A stretch of 64,000 nt of DNA from Macrostomum lignano (lineage: Eukaryota): positions 1 through 64,000 of the forward strand of contig NIVC01003162.1 in assembly GCA_002269645.1 (NCBI GenBank). The letters are read 5' to 3'. The notes beneath the pieces are model-generated. The model did no database searches. It worked only from the letters and a program-made list of their open reading frames with translations, and was not told the DNA's origin. Shown piece after piece: positions 28,886-54,285 of the stretch. Numbering within the stretch: position 1 is the first letter of the stretch; each line of letters starts with the position of its first letter. Both the position numbers and the translations under genes were made by a program.

Positions 28886-30091
28886 ATGCGTCAATCAGCC
28901 CAGTGGAGCACTCTGCGCCATCTGACTATCATTCTCCTCCTTGCTGGCTCTTTACTGTATTGGTGGAATAGTTATCCCAGCGAACTATTGACTGCTGGTG
29001 ACTCTGGTGAGGCATTTGCCCCCAGTAGCAGGCAGGAAAGTCAGGTGCTGCAAAAACACCACAGCAAGATCGACTTGGACACCAGTGCAGCAGCTGTTGG
29101 TCCCGAGCAAAGTCTCAACCAGATTAAGAAGGCAGTTGCTGCAAAAGCGTTGAGCGAGAGCAATCAAAAAGCAATTAAAACTTTCTCTGCTCATCAAAAC
29201 TCGACAACGATAAAAGTTGTATTGAATCAATCACAGGAAACTGCTCAGCCAGCTCCAGGAACTGAAGCCACCCTACAAACGCTTCATACTACAGACAAAA
29301 GCTCAATTAATAGCGTCACTAATAACTCATGGATCAACAATCTGTGCCGCAAGGGCGGTGTCAAATCTGGAGCGGTGTTTCTGGTGATGAGCGCCCTGTC
29401 TCGGGAGGCTGAAGCACAACGGGCAGCGATATTGTCCACCTGGGGCGCTGAGCTGCAGCACCAGCGTCGGCTTGTCTTCTACGCGCCGATTCTTCCATCC
29501 GATGCCGCGCAAGAATCGGTTCAGAGCGACCTGCTGACGATTCGGTCTCCGGCCGGAGAAAACCGCATCCTCGCCGGCCTCGTCTGGCTGCGTGCCCGCT
29601 GTCCGATGGCTCGAGCTATTGTCCTGGCCTGCGATCGGTCCTTCTGGAGCCTGAGTCGACTAAATACGTTTTTGAATTCACGCCGGTTCGATGCCACACT
29701 CAAGTCTGTTTACGGCTGGTGGCCAAAACCAGCCACTCAGTCACTTTTAGCCGCTCAGCCTGGCTTCATTTTTACAGGCCCCGCTGTGGACGCCCTCAAG
29801 CTAGCGGCAGCGCAGTTGGTCAAAGATGATGCATCTGCAGGACAAATCCCTGTGACGAAACCGCTCACAGAGCTCGCTGGGGTTGGTACCGTCCAGCTGA
29901 GCAGCGAGCTGGTGCAGGCGTCTTCGGATCGGCCGTTTCGAATTGCTACCCTGGCTTGCGGCTTCAAGAACGGTCGGTTAATGTCGGTCAACGGTCTCGG
30001 CGCTGGGCGCAAGATGAAGCTGTGGCGCATATTTCATTTTCCGGGACTCAAGTGCTTCAGAGATAGGCAAAGAAAACACCGGAAGCATTAG
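28886..30091 (+). CDS. Intronless type II membrane protein, GT31 (beta-1,3-glycosyltransferase/fringe)-like, with degenerate DxD
   Basis: N-terminal TM (LTIILLLAGSLLYWW), Ser/Thr/Gln stem, FLVMSALSR..QRAAILSTWG, ENRILAGLVWLRARCPMARAIVLACD, GFIFTGPAV. ATG 28886 follows an acceptor-like TTTTGTCCCAG. Confidence 0.65.
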   Translation: MRQSAQWSTLRHLTIILLLAGSLLYWWNSYPSELLTAGDSGEAFAPSSRQESQVLQKHHSKIDLDTSAAAVGPEQSLNQIKKAVAAKALSESNQKAIKTFSAHQNSTTIKVVLNQSQETAQPAPGTEATLQTLHTTDKSSINSVTNNSWINNLCRKGGVKSGAVFLVMSALSREAEAQRAAILSTWGAELQHQRRLVFYAPILPSDAAQESVQSDLLTIRSPAGENRILAGLVWLRARCPMARAIVLACDRSFWSLSRLNTFLNSRRFDATLKSVYGWWPKPATQSLLAAQPGFIFTGPAVDALKLAAAQLVKDDASAGQIPVTKPLTELAGVGTVQLSSELVQASSDRPFRIATLACGFKNGRLMSVNGLGAGRKMKLWRIFHFPGLKCFRDRQRKHRKH

Positions 30092-32753
30092 ACGAGAATC
30101 ATTGAGAACAGTATCTACGTGTGTACCGAAATAATCTCAGCTTGGCTTGTTTTTATTAACTCCAAAAGCTTGATCAAGAGCGGCCGCCAATTATCGTTGT
30201 GCCTTTTTGTTCGCTTGCATCGCTCTGCACCTCTCTGTCCATATACATGTAATCTTCAGTACCTGTATATTCTCTGATTATTTGCTAGAAGACATTATGA
30301 ATCTCATATGCATCTTTAAATTATTTACGATATTCTCTACCTAAAAGCAATTGCTAAAATATGCTAATTCATTTTACATTTAATCAATCTTTACAAGCTG
30401 CTTATAATAACAAAGTTTTTATCCTTGTTTCCCTCAATGACTATACCTCATAAACGCGATACTCAACAAGTCATTCTTGGAGGCCCTCTCTTCATTCGTA
30501 TTTATCGATCTGTATCAATGACTATGATTGATTGCAGCACATTTAATGATACATGTAGCTAAATATAGCTTTTAGCAACTGCATCTACGTCTTGCTTGTA
30601 TCTTGCACTTGTGCTGCACAAGTCCAAAAGAAAAATTCACATATGCTTTATTTTAATAATACCAATAATTCATTTAACCTTTGACTTACTTGACTTCATT
30701 TAATTATTTCATTAATTCATTTAACCTCATTACCTCATTGTAATTTTAGGTCACTTTAGAGTAACTAATTACTCGACTCTGAACTCAATTGAGTTGTACT
30801 CTCAAGTTGACCGAAATTAAGGCTGGGAGTCTGTGACCAATGGTCCCAACAACACGAGTGCAGCACGTTACAACTCTACTCTAAGATCAACCATATGCTA
30901 ACCCTAACTGTGACATCACTTAGCACCTTTGCTGAAGCAAAGGAATTGCATTTTTCTTACAAAAGTTGTTAAAGCTTCCTTTCCGAAATTTTTTTCATGC
31001 ATGATGCATCTATTTTGTTAAAGTTTGCTTTTGATTTGTATACGAGCTCGTGGTTCAAAAATTAAACTTTGTTGTTTCAGAGAAACGGAGTAAATACTTA
31101 TAGCCCATAATTTTTACAGCACTAATGTAATTTTTTACCATAAAAGTTAATAAGATAGAAAGCACCCATTTAACATAAAAAAATTAACTAGAGTGGCATT
31201 TCACTCGCTCTACCAAAACTTAAGTTTTAATGCCCATAGAAATAGGCCTAGTCAAAAGAAGGAAAACATTTTTCACATAAATTTCAGACGTTCAGGGAAG
31301 AAAATGGCAGCTGCAGCGGGGAAAAGGGAAGTTAAGGGCAGGGTTGTGCAAAAGAAGAGACATGACAAAGCTTGTTTGCTAGCATCATTAAAAATAAAAA
31401 TATACAAAATCTAATTCATAGGGTAATAGCCAGATTAATTTTTACTATTGAACATTAACAACATGACATAAGTATTTTAAATATAAATTTGCACAATCTA
31501 TTACTTAATGACCTATTTCATATCAAAACAAAAAGGCAAATTAGACCAAATTATTAAATATTAGGCTTATTTGATATAGGAAACTTCCTAATCCTAGCAT
31601 TGTCTTTAATTAGACAGAAACTTTCTCTTTTAGTTTTAAGTAGTCTAATAGGCCTGCATAAAGCATGTAGCTATATAACTTTTAAAGGTAAAAATAAAAT
31701 GAAATGAATTTTAGAAAGTTTACATAATATTAATGTTAGTATTAAATAAGATTTAGAGTCCAAATTTTGTCTTTATTTAAACTAAAAGAAAACAAAAAGT
31801 TAGCAGCCTATTTTATCTTCTATGGCCTATGGCCATGGGTCAAAAGTACTATAATGCTATGTTATTTTGGCAAAAATAAAATATATTGCTAGATGCTATT
31901 AAATGCTTTTATAATGTATTATGAATTTATAAGTAGTATAAAAAGTTGTCTATTTTATGCATTTATAAAATGAGTAAGTGAGTTTTTTTATTAGCTAATT
32001 TTAGTCTATATAGCCAAAAATATTACTAGGATTAATTGGAATAAATTATTACAATTATTTGGTTTTGTCACAACATTTTATATATTAATTCTATTAATAT
32101 TATAAAAAATATTTTATTAAATTTTATCATAGTTAATAGATTGAATATTTTAGAAGTGCTTAGACTTATAGATAAACATTTCTATGGAAATAGTACCTAG
32201 TTATCTATAAAGCCTAATGCCCTTGACCATGCTTGTATGTATGCTAGTATATGCTTTTATATATTTCTTTTGTATTTATCTAAGAGAAGAAATAAAATCT
32301 ATATTATCTATCTACTGTAACTTTGGTAGGGTTAGTGGTAATGGAGTAAAGTAGAATCCTAGCAATTAGGATCACTGATGAATTAGACATTTCAATGTTT
32401 TTATTGCTAGGGCCTAATATATATTTAATTGAGAACAGAAACAATTATTTACTTTAACATAGATCAATCTCTGTTGCTAACTAAAAGTCTTTCATTAAAT
32501 TGCAACAGCACAAAAAAACCTGTTTAAGCTATCACAGCATGCCGCAGTAAGTCACAGTTGTCAATGACAAATTATGGTTTGAAACAGAAACCCAGTCTGA
32601 ACCATAAAACTCAGTTTAGCACCTTAGCTAATTTGCACTTATTGAATTCATGCTCTTGCTGCACATTAGTGCAAATGTGTGCACTCTTGGCAAGACCTGG
32701 CCCAGTGTGACTCACAACTCTGCATATTTGACACTTAAGTCGCTCAGCCCAAG

Positions 32754-45351
<12,598 letters not shown>

Positions 45352-45489
45352 CGGAATTCCTATTCAGATTGTTATGCTAGTGCACCTGTTGGATGGTGAT
45401 TATTAATTCTCTATTTAAGACAGCTGAGTTGTGTACTGCGGTTTTTTGATGCTATCGTGTCTTTTCGGCCGATGTAGTAGGTTGATAAT

Positions 45490-46270
45490 GTATTAGGTTG
45501 CCCGTGTGGTAGGTTGCCTGCCTTTGGTGTAGGGTGCCTTTGTGATAGGTTGCTAGTGTGGTAGGTCGCCCATGTGATAGGTTGCCCCTGTAATAGGTTG
45601 CCCCTGTAATAGGTTGCCCCTGTAATAGGTTGCCCCTGTAATAGGTTGCCCCTGTAGTAGGTTGCCCCTGTAGTAGGTTGCCCATGTGATAGGTTGCCCC
45701 TGTAATAGGTTGCCCCTGTAATAGGTTGCCCCTGTAGTAGGTTGCCCATGTGATAGGTTGCCCCTGTGATAGGTTGCCCCTGTAATAGGTTGCCCCTGTA
45801 GTAGGTTGCCCATGTGATAGGTTGCCCCTGTAATAGGTTGCCCCTGTAGTAGGTTGCCCATGTGATAGGTTGCCCGTGTGGTGGGTTGCCCGTGTGGTGG
45901 GTTGCCCGTGTGGCGGTTTGCCCATGTGGTGGGTTGCCCGTGTGGTGGGTTGCCCATGTGGTGGGATGCCCGTGTGGTGGGTTGCCTATGTGGTGGGTTG
46001 CCCGTGTGGTGGGTTGCCCATGTGGTGGGATGCCCGTGTGGTGGGTTGCCCGTGTGGTGGGTTGCCTATGTGGTGGGTTGCCCATGTGGTGGGTTGCCTA
46101 TGTGGTGGGTTGCCTATGTGGTGGGTTGCCTATGTGGTGGGTTGCTTATGTGGTGGGTTGCCCATGTGGTGGGTTGCCTATGTGGTGGGTTGCCCGTGTG
46201 ATGGGTTGCCCATGTGGTGGGTTGCCCGTCTGATGGGTTGCCTATGTGGTGGGTTGCCCGTGCGATGGGT
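45490..46270. repeat. 16-bp minisatellite with two sub-blocks (TAGGTTGCCCCTGTAA, then GTGGGTTGCCCGTGTG)
   Basis: Direct reading; downstream of the mucolipin stop. Confidence 0.93.
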
Positions 46271-46979
46271 TGATAACCTAGTAGATGGGACTGGGACTGG
46301 ATGGGCTGCCCACCAAACAGATTCAATCAGATTTTCTTTAGAAATTGATTGCACATTCTGTCATTATCATTGAGCACACCTCGTGATTTCTTTCACATGT
46401 AAACAATGCTCATATTGCCGTATTGTAATTTGCAGTCTAATTATATTTAGCCTTTTTTCGTGTTTTTTGTCCTTCTCAGCTTGTTTCGTCTTCTGTTACA
46501 CTTTGAATATCCCCAATGCGCTACTTGTAAGTAGAGTCTGGTGTTTTTATCGCAGCATATATTGCTGTTCCATATTTACACGCAAGCAATGTCCTCAATC
46601 AGATGGGATTCCTAATTCTATAATTTTATGCACCTTTTTTAGCTTGCCAGCTTTTCTAAGAATAATTTCACTTGGCACAAACTATTCTGCCCATGTCCGA
46701 TGTGCACTACTGGGAATCTCTAAGTAGTCCGATGCAAGTTTCATACTTTTTGCACGGTAATAATGACACTGTTTGTATGCTAATTCGGTTAGATCTTCCA
46801 GCTGCCTGGTTCTATTCTCAGATTCATTTTATTTTCAATAAAACTTTCCAATTGAATTGGTATGAATGGATGCTACTTTCATGTCATTTAGATTTGCGAT
46901 GCTAATCCTTGTATTGACAATTCTTAGAGACAACTTTGCATTCACGTCTAGAGGTGCTTATTGATTCACTCTTGATTTA

Positions 46980-48340
46980 CTTTCAGAGTCACACTTTTTG
47001 ATTCACTCTAAAAGGTATTCTGATTCACTCCTCGAGTCACTCTAGTAATCTCTCTTGGTTTCACTCTTTGGAGTCACCCTAATTCACTCTTAGAGTCATC
47101 TTGGATTCACTCGCGAGTCACTCTTTTGTTCAATGCCAGATTCACTATTAGTTATTTGAGTCACTCTTGATTCACTACTAGTTACTTGAGTCACTCCTTG
47201 ATTCACTCCTAGAGTCACTCTCATTCCCTAGAGTCACTCTGATTCACTCCTAGAGTAACTCTGACTCACTCCTAAAATCGACTCTGATTCACTCCTAAAG
47301 CCACTCTGATTCACTCCGAAAGTCACTATGATTCATCCCTAGAGTCACTCTGATTCATCCCTAGCGTCACTCTGATTCACTCTTAAAGTAACTCTGATTC
47401 ACCCCTAGAGTCACTCTGATTCACTCCTAAAGTCACTCTGATTCACTCCTAAAGTCACTCTAATTCACTTCTAAAGTCACTCTGATTCACTCCTAAAGTC
47501 GCTCTGATTCACTCCTAAAGTCACTCTGATTCACTCCTAAAGTCGCTCTGATTCACTCCTAAAGTCACTCTGATTCACTCCTAAAGTCACTCTGATTCAC
47601 TCTTAAAGTCACTCTGATTCACTCCTAAAGTCACTCTGATTCACTCCTAAAGTCACTCTGATTCACTCCTAAAGTCACTCTGATTCACTCCTAAAGTCAC
47701 TCTGATTCACTCCTAAAGTCGCTCTGATTCACTCCTAAAGTCACTCTGATTCACTCCTAAAGTCACTCTGATTCACTCCTAAAGTCACTCTGATTCACTC
47801 CTAAAGTCGCTCTGATTCACTCCTAAAGTCACTCTGATTCACTCCTAAAGTCACTCTGATTCACTCCTAAAGTCACTCTGATTCATCCCTAGAGTCACTC
47901 TGATTCACTCTTAAAGTCACTCTGATTCACTCCTAAAGTCACTCTGATTCACTCCTAAAGTCACTCTGATTCATCCCTAGAGTCACTCTGATTCACTCTT
48001 AAAGTCACTCTGATTCACTCCTAAAGTCACTCTGATTCACTTCTAAAGTCACTCTGATTCACTTCTAAAGTCACTCTGATTCACTCCTAAAGTCACTCTG
48101 ATTCATCCCTAGAGTCACTCTGATTCACTCTTAAAGTCACTCTGATTCACTCCTAAAGTCACTCTGATTCACTCCTAAAGTCACTCTGATTCACTCCTAA
48201 AGTCACTCTGATTCGCTCGCGAGTCACTCTTTGATTCCAATCGCAAATTCAGTCCTAGAGCCACTGATTCACTCCTGGAGTCACTCTTATGTTCAATCCT
48301 AGAGTCACTCTTATGTTCAATCCTAGAGTCACTCTATGAT
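46980..48340. repeat. 22-bp minisatellite (CTAAAGTCACTCTGATTCACTC) ending at an acceptor-like CCCGCAG upstream of the USP ATG
   Basis: Direct reading. Confidence 0.95.
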
Positions 48341-48363
48341 TCACTCGCGCCCGCAGCGAGCCC

Positions 48364-49240
48364 ATGGGTGCCTACCTAAGCAGCAGCGCAGCCGCCACGG
48401 CCGCTGCCTCATCTGCCGAGTCCGGCAACCCGCTAAACAGCGGCATTCCGCGCACGCATCGCCGAGTCCTGATCGCCATTGACGAATCGCTGGGCGCTCA
48501 AAAAGCCTTCGATTTCTGGAGCGGCGTGGCGCGCAGTCAGGATGACAGCATCCTGCTGGTGAACGCTGTGGAGGTGCCGAACGTGCCGACCGGACTGCTG
48601 CTGTCCCCCACCGGGTAGGCCGTGCAGACAGGGTTGAGCAGTGCTTGACGAATAACTTTTGAATTTTGAATTTGAAAACTATTAAAACAAATCTCTCATA
48701 TACCCACAAAATACTAAGACAGTACAAGAGAATCTTCCTCAGTCAGCTTTGAGATCAGACATTATCCAGCTTTGAGAACAGCCATTAACCAGCTTTGAGA
48801 ACAGCCATTAACCAGCTTTGAGAACAGCCATTAACCAGCTTTGAGAACAGCCATTAACCAGCTTTGAGAACAGCCATTAACCAGCTTTGAGAACAGCCAT
48901 TAACCAACAATAAGAAGCTGTTAATGAACTCGAGTCTCCCAAATTCCGCAGCTCATTTGACTACTCGGAGTACCAGAAGCAGACTCAGCCGCTGCTGGAA
49001 CGGGCCCAGCGACTCAAGGCCAACATGATGGCCAAATGCGAGCAGCGCAAGCTTCGCTGCAAGTTCATCACGGAGGTTGGCAGCCCGGCAACTGCTGTGC
49101 TTGACGCGGCTAAGACCTTCTCAGCCTCGGTCATTGTAGTTGGCTGCTGCGGTCACAAGAACCACTTGTTGGGCTCGGTTAGCAACTATATTCTGCAGCA
49201 CTCCTGCCGGCCTGTGGTCATTGTGCCCCGGTTCGACTGA
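48364..49240 (+). CDS. Universal stress protein (UspA-like), 2 exons: 48364-48614 and 48952-49240
   Basis: RRVLIAIDES..KAFDF; LLVNAVE; GSPATAVLDAAK..VIVVGCCG..LLGSVSNYILQHSCRPVVIVP. Phase-2 GT-AG intron joins the two ORFs in frame. Confidence 0.92.
48765..48905. repeat. 23-bp minisatellite (CCAGCTTTGAGAACAGCCATTAA) in the USP intron
   Basis: Direct reading. Confidence 0.92.
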
Positions 49241-49414
49241 ACTGCAGCTGGGATAACCTTGAATTGACTGATAGGTGGGTGCAGGCTGATTGCTTTGCAC
49301 TTTGTTGCTTTGAGAAGGTCTGCTAATCTGTTGCCTAAATGTCATGTGATGTGATGTATATTCGCCTTACCAATGAGTTAGCGGAAAATTATGGTTAAGG
49401 TTTAAAGTTATATT

Positions 49415-49802
49415 CCAGCCAATCAGAGACGAGATCAGTCTAGCTTAGAGCAAGCATCCAGCCAATCAGAAACGAGATCAGTCTAGCTTAGAGCAAGCAT
49501 CCAACCAATCAGAGACGAGATCAGTGTAGCTTAGCTAGCTTCCAGCCAATCTGAGACGAGATCAGTCTAGCCTAGCTAGTTTCCAGCCAATCAGAGACGA
49601 GATCAATCTAGCTTAGCTAGTTTCCAGCCAATCAGAGACGAGATCAGTCTAGCTTAGCTAGTTTCCAGCCAATCAGAGACGAGATCAGTCTAGCCTAGCT
49701 AGTTTCCAGCCAATCAGAGACGAGATCAGTCTAGCCTAGCTAGTTTCCAGCCAATCAGAGACGAGATCTGCCGTCTAGATTAGTTTTTCCAGCTAATCAG
49801 AA
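49415..49802. repeat. ~41-bp tandem repeat, each unit carrying CAGCCAATCAG
   Basis: About 10 units of CCAGCCAATCAGAGACGAGATCAGTCTAGCTTAGCTAGTTT. Confidence 0.92.
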
Positions 49803-50389
49803 CTTCCGTTTAAACTCCAATTAAAATTCCAATCATGTTTATTTTCAATAGCAGATTTTAAGAAAGTAGTTGACATTTCGTGTGTAGTTTATTTTTACTT
49901 GATCCATTTTTGTTATATACTATTCTGTAAAATACTTTCGATCTCAGAGTGTTGCGTTATTTATATTTATATTTAAGAGTAGTAAAATTTTCATCTTGTT
50001 TTAGTAATCGCTGTTTTAATTTTATACCATAGTTCCATGCTATAAAATGGAATAATAATTCCATACTATACCCTGCAGCCTTTGCTTAAACCATTATACC
50101 GAGTAATTTTTAATACTATGCTTTTACCACTGTGATATGTAAATCTATTTATCATGGGAATACAAGTTATTAGTACACTAACAGGCTAATCCGTTCTGTT
50201 TGCTGTGCAGTTTTCTGGTTACCAGCCGCACTATATATCAAATTAATACGCACATTAAACTGACAGCTGATTTATTCTCTATCTCCGTCACTTTCTCTTG
50301 TTTTTGAAAGGAGGGTACGAGCAGCATTGTGGAGGTTTAGTGTGGAGGATGAGGATGAGATTAGGTCAGAAGAAAGTAGTGGAAGTGTA

Positions 50390-52945
50390 AAGAGGGGCAG
50401 GGTGGATACAGGGGCGATAGAGGGGCAGGGTGGATAGAGGGGCAGGGAAGATAGAGGGGCAGGGTGGATAGAGGGGCAGGGAGATAGAGGGGCAGGGAGG
50501 ATAGAGGGGCAGGGAAGATAGAGGGGCAGGGAAGATAGAGGGGCAGGGAGGATACAGGGGCGATAGAGGGGCAGGGAGGATAGAGGGGCAGGGTGGATAG
50601 AGGGGCAGGAAGATAGAGGGGCAGGGTGGATAGAGGGGCAGGAAGATAGAGGGGCAGGGTGGATAGAGGGGCAGGAAGATAGAGGGGCAGGGAGGATAGA
50701 GGGGCAGGGAAGATAGAGGGGCAGGGTGGATAGAGGGGCAGGGAGATAGAGGGGCAGGGAGGATAGAGGGGCAGGGAAGATAGAGGGGCAGGGAAGATAG
50801 AGGGGCAGGGAGGATACAGGGGCGATAGAAGGGCAGGGAGGATAGAGGGGCAGGGTGGATAGAGGGGCAGGAAGATAGAGGGGCAGGGTGGATAGAGGGG
50901 CAGGAAGATAGAGGGGCAGGGAGGATAGAGGGGCAGGGAAGATAGAGGGGCAGGGTGGATAGAGGGGCAGGGAGATAGAGGGGCAGGGAGGATAGAGGGG
51001 CAGGGAAGATAGAGGGGCAGGGTGGATAGAGGGGCAGGAAGATAGAGGGGCAGGGAAGATAGAGGGGCAGGAAGATAGAGGGGCAGGAAGGATAGAGGGG
51101 CAGGGAAGATAGAGGGGCAGGGTGGATAGAGGGGCAGGGAGATAGAGGGGCAGGGAAGATAGAGAGGCAGGGAAGATAGAGGGGCAGGGAGGATACAGGG
51201 GCGATAGAGGGGCAGGGAGGATAGAGGGGCAGGGTGGATAGAGGGGCAGGAAGATAGAGGGGCAGGAAGATAGAGGGGCAGGGTGGATAGAGGGGCAGGA
51301 AGATAGAGGGGCAGGGTGGATAGAGGGGCAGGAAGATAGAGGGGCAGGGAGGATAGAGGGGCAGGGAAGATAGAGGGGCAGGGTGGATAGAGGGGCAGGG
51401 AGATAGAGGGGCAGGGAGGATAGAGGGGCAGGGAAGATAGAGGGGCAGGGAGGATACAGGGGCGATAGAGGGACAGGGAGGATAGAGGGCAGGGTGGATA
51501 GAGGGGCAGGAAGATAGAGGGGCAGGGAGGATACAGGGGCGATAGAGGGACAGGGAGGATAGAGGGGCAGGGTGGATAGAGGGGCAGGGAAGATAGAGGG
51601 GCAGGGAAGATAGAGGGGCAGGGAGGATACAGGGGCGATAGAGGGGCAGGGAGGATAGAGGGGCAGGGTGGATAGAGGGGCAGGGTGGATAGAGGGGCAG
51701 GAAGATAGAGGGGCAGGGTGGATAGAGGGGCAGGAAGATAGAGGGGCAGGGAGGATAGAGGGGCAGGGAAGATAGAGGGCAGGGTGGATAGAGGGGCAGG
51801 GAGATAGAGGGGCAGGGAGGATAGAGGGGCAGGGAAGATAGAGGGGCAGGGTGGATAGAGGGGCAGGAAGATAGAGGGGCAGGGTGGATAGAGGGGCAGG
51901 AAGATAGAGGGGCAGGGAGGATATAGGGGCAGGGAAGATAGAGGGGCAGGGTGGATAGAGGGGCAGGGAGATAGAGGGGCAGGGAAGATAGAGAGGCAGG
52001 GAAGATAGAGGGGCAGGGAGGATACAGGGGCGATAGAGGGGCAGGGAGGATAGAGGGGCAGGGTGGATAGAGGGGCAGGAAGATAGAGGGGCAGGGTGGA
52101 TAGAGGGGCAGGAAGATAGAGGGGCAGGGTGGATAGAGGGGCAGGAAGATAGAGGGGCAGGGAGGATAGAGGGGCAGGGAAGATAGAGGGGCAGGGTGGA
52201 TAGAGGGGCAGGGAGATAGAGGGGCAGGGAGGATAGAGGGGCAGGGAAGATAGAGGGGCAGGGAGGATACAGGGGCGATAGAGGGACAGGGAGGATAGAG
52301 GGGCAGGGTGGATAGAGGGGCAGGAAGATAGAGGGGCAGGGAGGATACAGGGGCGATAGAGGGACAGGGAGGATAGAGGGGCAGGGTGGATAGAGGGGCA
52401 GGAAGATAGAGGGGCAGGGAGGATAGAGGGGCAGGAAGATAGAGGGGCAGGGTGGATAGAGGGGCAGGGAAGATAGAGGGGCAGGGAGGATACAGGGGCG
52501 ATAGAGGGGCAGGGAGGATAGAGGGCAGGGAAGATAGAGGGGCAGGGAGGATACAGGGGCGATAGAGGGCCAGGGAGGATAGAGGGGCAGGGTGGATAGA
52601 GGGGCAGGAAGATAGAGGGGCAGGGAGGATAGAGGGGCAGGGAAGATAGAGGGGCAGGGAGGATACAGGGGCGATAGAGGGGCAGGGAGGATAGAGGGGC
52701 AGGGAGGATACAGGGGCGATAGAGGGGCAGGGAGGATAGAGGGGCAGGGAAGATAGAGGGGCAGGGAGGATACAGGGGCGATAGAGGGCCAGGGAGGATA
52801 GAGGGGCAGGGTGGATAGAGGGGCAGGAAGATAGAGGGGCAGGGAGGATAGAGGGGCAGGGAAGATAGAGGGGCAGGGAGGATACAGGGGCGATAGAGGG
52901 GCAGGGAGGATACAGGGGCGATAGAGGGGCAGGGAAGATAGGGGG
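50390..52945. repeat. 2.5-kb purine-rich minisatellite (GATAGAGGGGCAGGG(A/T)G variants)
   Basis: Direct reading; source of the spurious 926-aa Pro-rich ORF. Confidence 0.97.
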
Positions 52946-53514
52946 GTAGGGAGGTTAGAGGGGTAGGGATGATAGAGGAAGTATAGAGGGAATGGGACTA
53001 TTACAGAGGCTGGGAGAGTGGCAGGGGTATAAACAGGAGCATGACAAGTCAATCTGCTCTACAAGTGCATCAAGGGAGAGCGGTTATTCGCAGCTCAGCA
53101 TCGCAGAGTGCCTCCCGGGAGTTGGCATGGAACTGGCCGGATAAATTCAAATGTTTTTGCTGAGCCTGCGCTTAAAAAGCGGAATTTTTCGAGCCGTCGT
53201 TTTTTCACTTCGCAGCGGAGAGTCGGGCAGCCATTTCCCAATTAGCATGGGAGCGGCAGGGCAGGGCTGGGAACATCAAAATGAAGCCGTTTTAGTCCGG
53301 CTGGCGATTTCGGGGACTGCGCTGTCCGTGTGCCGAGCTGATTGTGAATTCTGCTGCTGCGATTCGGGATTAGTCTAGACAGATGAAGTGCTGGGAGGCT
53401 GGCTGCACTGGCTCGGGTGCATTGCCGGTTCAGTGGACTCGCGTCTGAGGTGATTGGGGATGGCTCGAGAGGTGATCGGGATGGCTCGAGAGCTGCAAAT
53501 TTAGAGGTCGGAGT

Positions 53515-54285
53515 GATTCTCAAGATGCTGTAGGAGTGATTCTCAAGATGCTGTAGGAGTGATTCTCAAGATGCTGTAGGAGTGATTCTCAAGATGCTGT
53601 AGGAGCGATTCTTAAGATGCTGTATGGGCGATTCTCATGATGTTGTAGGAGCGATTCTCATGATGCTGTAGCCTGTAGGAGTGATTCTCAAGATGCTGTA
53701 GGGGCGATTCTCAAGATGCTGTAGGGGCGATTCTCATGATGTTGTAGGGGCGATTCTCATGATGATGTAGGGGCGATTCTCATTTTGTTGTAGGGGCGAT
53801 TCTCATGATGTTGTAGGAGTGATTCTCAAGATGCTGTAGAGGCGATTCTCATGATGCTGTAGGGGCGATTCTCATGATGTTGTAGGGGCGATTCTCATGA
53901 TGATGTAGGGGCGATTCTCATGATGATGTAGGGGCGATTCTCATGATGATGTAGGGGCGATTCTCATTTTGTTGTAGGGGCGATTCTCATGATGTTGTAG
54001 GAGTGATTCTCATGATGCTGTAGGGGCGATTCTCATGATGTTGTAGGGGCGATTCTCATGATGTTGTAGGGGCGATTCTCATGATGATGTAGGGGCGATT
54101 CTCATGATGATGTAGGGGCGATTCTCATGATGATGTAGGGGCGATTCTCATTTTGTTGTAGGGGCGATTCTCATGATGTTGTAGGAGTGATTCTCATGAT
54201 GCTGTAGGGGCGATTCTCATGATGTTGTAGGGGCGATTCTCATGATGATGTAGGGGCGATTCTCATGATGCTGTAGGGGCTGTTT
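53515..54285. repeat. 23-bp minisatellite (TCTCATGATGTTGTAGGGGCGAT)
   Basis: Direct reading. Confidence 0.95.

Noticed and set aside
30100-32600. Very AT-rich stretch as a possible foreign or organellar insert
   Set aside because: No ORFs or RNA-gene motifs were recognisable; it is consistent with ordinary intergenic or outron DNA.
48364-49240. Bacterial contamination or recent HGT for the USP gene
   Set aside because: It has a spliceosomal intron and host-like flanks, and USPs are native to several invertebrate phyla.
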